25,566 nt of DNA from a virus (lineage: Duplodnaviria; Heunggongvirae; Uroviricota; Caudoviricetes): IMG/VR virus record IMGVR_UViG_3300042340_000144; one strand, 5' to 3'. Position 1 is the first letter of the stretch, and every line of letters starts with the position of its first letter. Of this stretch, positions 24,008-25,566 are shown one piece after another. The position numbers were made by a program, and so were the translations under genes. The notes under the pieces are model-generated. The model was not told the origin of the DNA, did not search any database, and saw nothing but the letters and a program-made list of their open reading frames with translations.

Positions 24008-24490
24008 TTATTTACCACTATCTTGCCAACAATGAATAGCCCATCTATTAGAGCTTGGAATAGCACAATGTAACTGCTTACAGTTAAATGTAATAACCTC
24101 ACCACCTTTCATATCAAGCCATTGTTCTTCCTTATTAGTATTAACTAAACCAAATTTACATGGGCCTAAATTAATAGTTGCTGCAATAGGTGCAGCATAT
24201 GTTGAATCTCTATGCCAGTTAATACCATTTGCATTATTACCAGAGTATGTAACTAATATATAGTCCACTTTAAAGTTAAGTAAACCTTCACATAAAAAAG
24301 GTATTAAACTATCTTTATGTGAGGGTTTACTTAACTTTAAACAGTCTCTTTTTATATATAACAATGGCTCTTTATTAATCCAACATAGTAATCTACCTTT
24401 ACTATAAGTACTAGGATCTTGTTTAAGTGGTAGCTGTTGTAAGTAATTAATTATAGTGTTGATGTTAGTAATAGTGTTTGTAATTTGCAT
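24008..24490 (-). CDS. AlkB-like 2OG-Fe(II) dioxygenase
   Basis: HxD motif (INWHRD), TINLG, distal His (QLHC) and Arg (NRWAI). Confidence 0.8.
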   Translation of the reverse strand: MQITNTITNINTIINYLQQLPLKQDPSTYSKGRLLCWINKEPLLYIKRDCLKLSKPSHKDSLIPFLCEGLLNFKVDYILVTYSGNNANGINWHRDSTYAAPIAATINLGPCKFGLVNTNKEEQWLDMKGGEVITFNCKQLHCAIPSSNRWAIHCWQDSGK

Positions 24491-24498
24491 ACTACTTA

Positions 24499-24768
24499 TT
24501 ATTCTTCTAACTCTTTTAAATAATCATTTAACTTGTTTAAATCAATAATAGATTCAGCTAAATTAACATACTTTTCAACAAAACACATATCACAAGCCCA
24601 AGGCTTATTAGTACAATCACCATCATGTTTAAGTTCATTGTAAGTATTGTACAAATTAGTAAAATAATTAATGTGCCACTCTTGTCCTTTACCTTCATAA
24701 TCATTTGTAAGACTATACAAATAACCAGCAGTAAATAGAATTAAATCTAATTGTTTAGTATTTTTCAT
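24499..24768 (-). CDS. Hypothetical protein with H-x-x-x-C...CxxC
   Basis: KHDGDCTNKPWACDMC. Confidence 0.6.
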   Translation of the reverse strand: MKNTKQLDLILFTAGYLYSLTNDYEGKGQEWHINYFTNLYNTYNELKHDGDCTNKPWACDMCFVEKYVNLAESIIDLNKLNDYLKELEE

Positions 24769-24774
24769 TTATTG

Positions 24775-24783
24775 TGTTATAAT
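24775..24783 (+). promoter_or_regulatory. Extended -10 promoter element
   Basis: TGTTATAAT, about 7 nt upstream of a GC-rich segment. Confidence 0.5.
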
Positions 24784-24789
24784 TAATTA

Positions 24790-25076
24790 TAGAGCGATCC
24801 TTTAGAGTAGGGCGGCCCTTTGGGTGTGTGAGATGTACTATAAAATACTACCTCTATAAAACTGCCTCATTGTCCCTAGTATGGTGAAAACTAAGCTAGT
24901 GGGTTTAATTCTTTCTACTTGATAAACGTAAGTATTTTGTATCATAAGAGTAAAAGTAGAAATATAGAATTAAATGATCTTCCTGCTCTAACAGAATCAC
25001 TCTGTTTAAAATTAATTCTACTCTAAATATCACTCTAAATTTAAACACTTGGAAATAAAACTCTAAGTGTTTTTTA
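24790..25076 (+). ncRNA. Candidate structured non-coding RNA (or origin-like element)
   Basis: No ORF. GC-rich 5' part (23/40 GC at 24791-24830), several by-eye stems and a final hairpin with a T6 run. Confidence 0.35.
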
Positions 25077-25109
25077 CTGTCTTAAATTTAAACATAATAA
25101 AGTAAACAT

Positions 25110-25566
25110 ATGAAATATAAACAACTTAAAGAGTTTCTTGACTCTAAATGTACTTGCTTTCACATTGGCTCATATCCTCATAGATATAAAGCCTTTAACT
25201 TAAATAAAAATCCAGAGCTAAAACAAATGCTAACTGAAGCTGGCTTTTTCCAATTTCATTTGTCTAACTCTGGTGTTACAGTATATGAACATCAAATTGT
25301 AGCATTCTTTTATTGTGGGGGTCAAGAAGCCCTTAAAAGAGGCCTAACATGTATTAAAGGTGTACATGAGATTCACCATTTATCAGGAGAAACTTGGGAC
25401 TCAAGACCTTCTAATTTAGTCTACATAACAGAAGAAGGACATAATCTTGTAACTAAACATCAAAGAGCTTTTAACAAATACATTAGAAGAATTAAAAAGG
25501 CTTCTTTAATTAATTATTGGACTGGCACTATCTGGAACAAACAAGGTAGAGTTGTTAAGAACTTTG
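25110..25566 (+). CDS. HNH homing-type endonuclease, truncated by window end (not in ORF track)
   Basis: ATG at 25110, open to the end. VYEHQIVAF...EIHHLSGETWDSRPSNLVYITEEGHN. Confidence 0.75.
   Translation, partial: MKYKQLKEFLDSKCTCFHIGSYPHRYKAFNLNKNPELKQMLTEAGFFQFHLSNSGVTVYEHQIVAFFYCGGQEALKRGLTCIKGVHEIHHLSGETWDSRPSNLVYITEEGHNLVTKHQRAFNKYIRRIKKASLINYWTGTIWNKQGRVVKNF

Noticed and set aside
24860-24925. Possible tRNA (GGTTTAATTC resembles a T-loop)
   Set aside because: No consistent acceptor, D and anticodon arms could be built by eye.
25110-25566. IscB/OMEGA nuclease
   Set aside because: No PLMP or RuvC-I motif is visible, and the HNH looks like the phage homing type. Kept only as an open ncRNA hypothesis.
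1-25566. Stop-codon reassignment
   Set aside because: Long enzymes (Pnkp, PARP, ligase) are intact in code 11, and TAG ends plausible full-length genes.

Overview
Very AT-rich, gene-dense segment that reads as the non-structural (early/middle) region of a large dsDNA bacteriophage. The host cannot be assigned from this window. Almost all genes are on the minus strand, in standard code. Recognisable genes: a full WGR-regulatory-catalytic PARP, a barstar-like protein, ThyX, dUTPase, ClpP-like protease, ATP-dependent DNA ligase, calcineurin-like phosphoesterase, AAA+ ATPase, a Hen1-type RNA 2'-O-methyltransferase with a three-domain Pnkp (RNA repair pair), an AlkB-like dioxygenase, tandem DUF4926-like paralogues, one GIY-YIG and two HNH endonucleases. 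Elements missing from the ORF track: a 39-aa histone-H1-like basic peptide gene, a 16-codon remnant of a second thyX N-terminus, a 19-bp inverted repeat over an HNH start codon, a perfect 21-bp direct repeat at two gene starts, several long intergenic palindromes, and a candidate ~290-nt structured RNA before a terminal HNH gene. The most striking theme is a phage counter-defence and repair toolkit combining RNA repair and methylation, ADP-ribosylation, an RNase-inhibitor fold and dealkylation. All family assignments are by-eye motif recognition; no searches were run.
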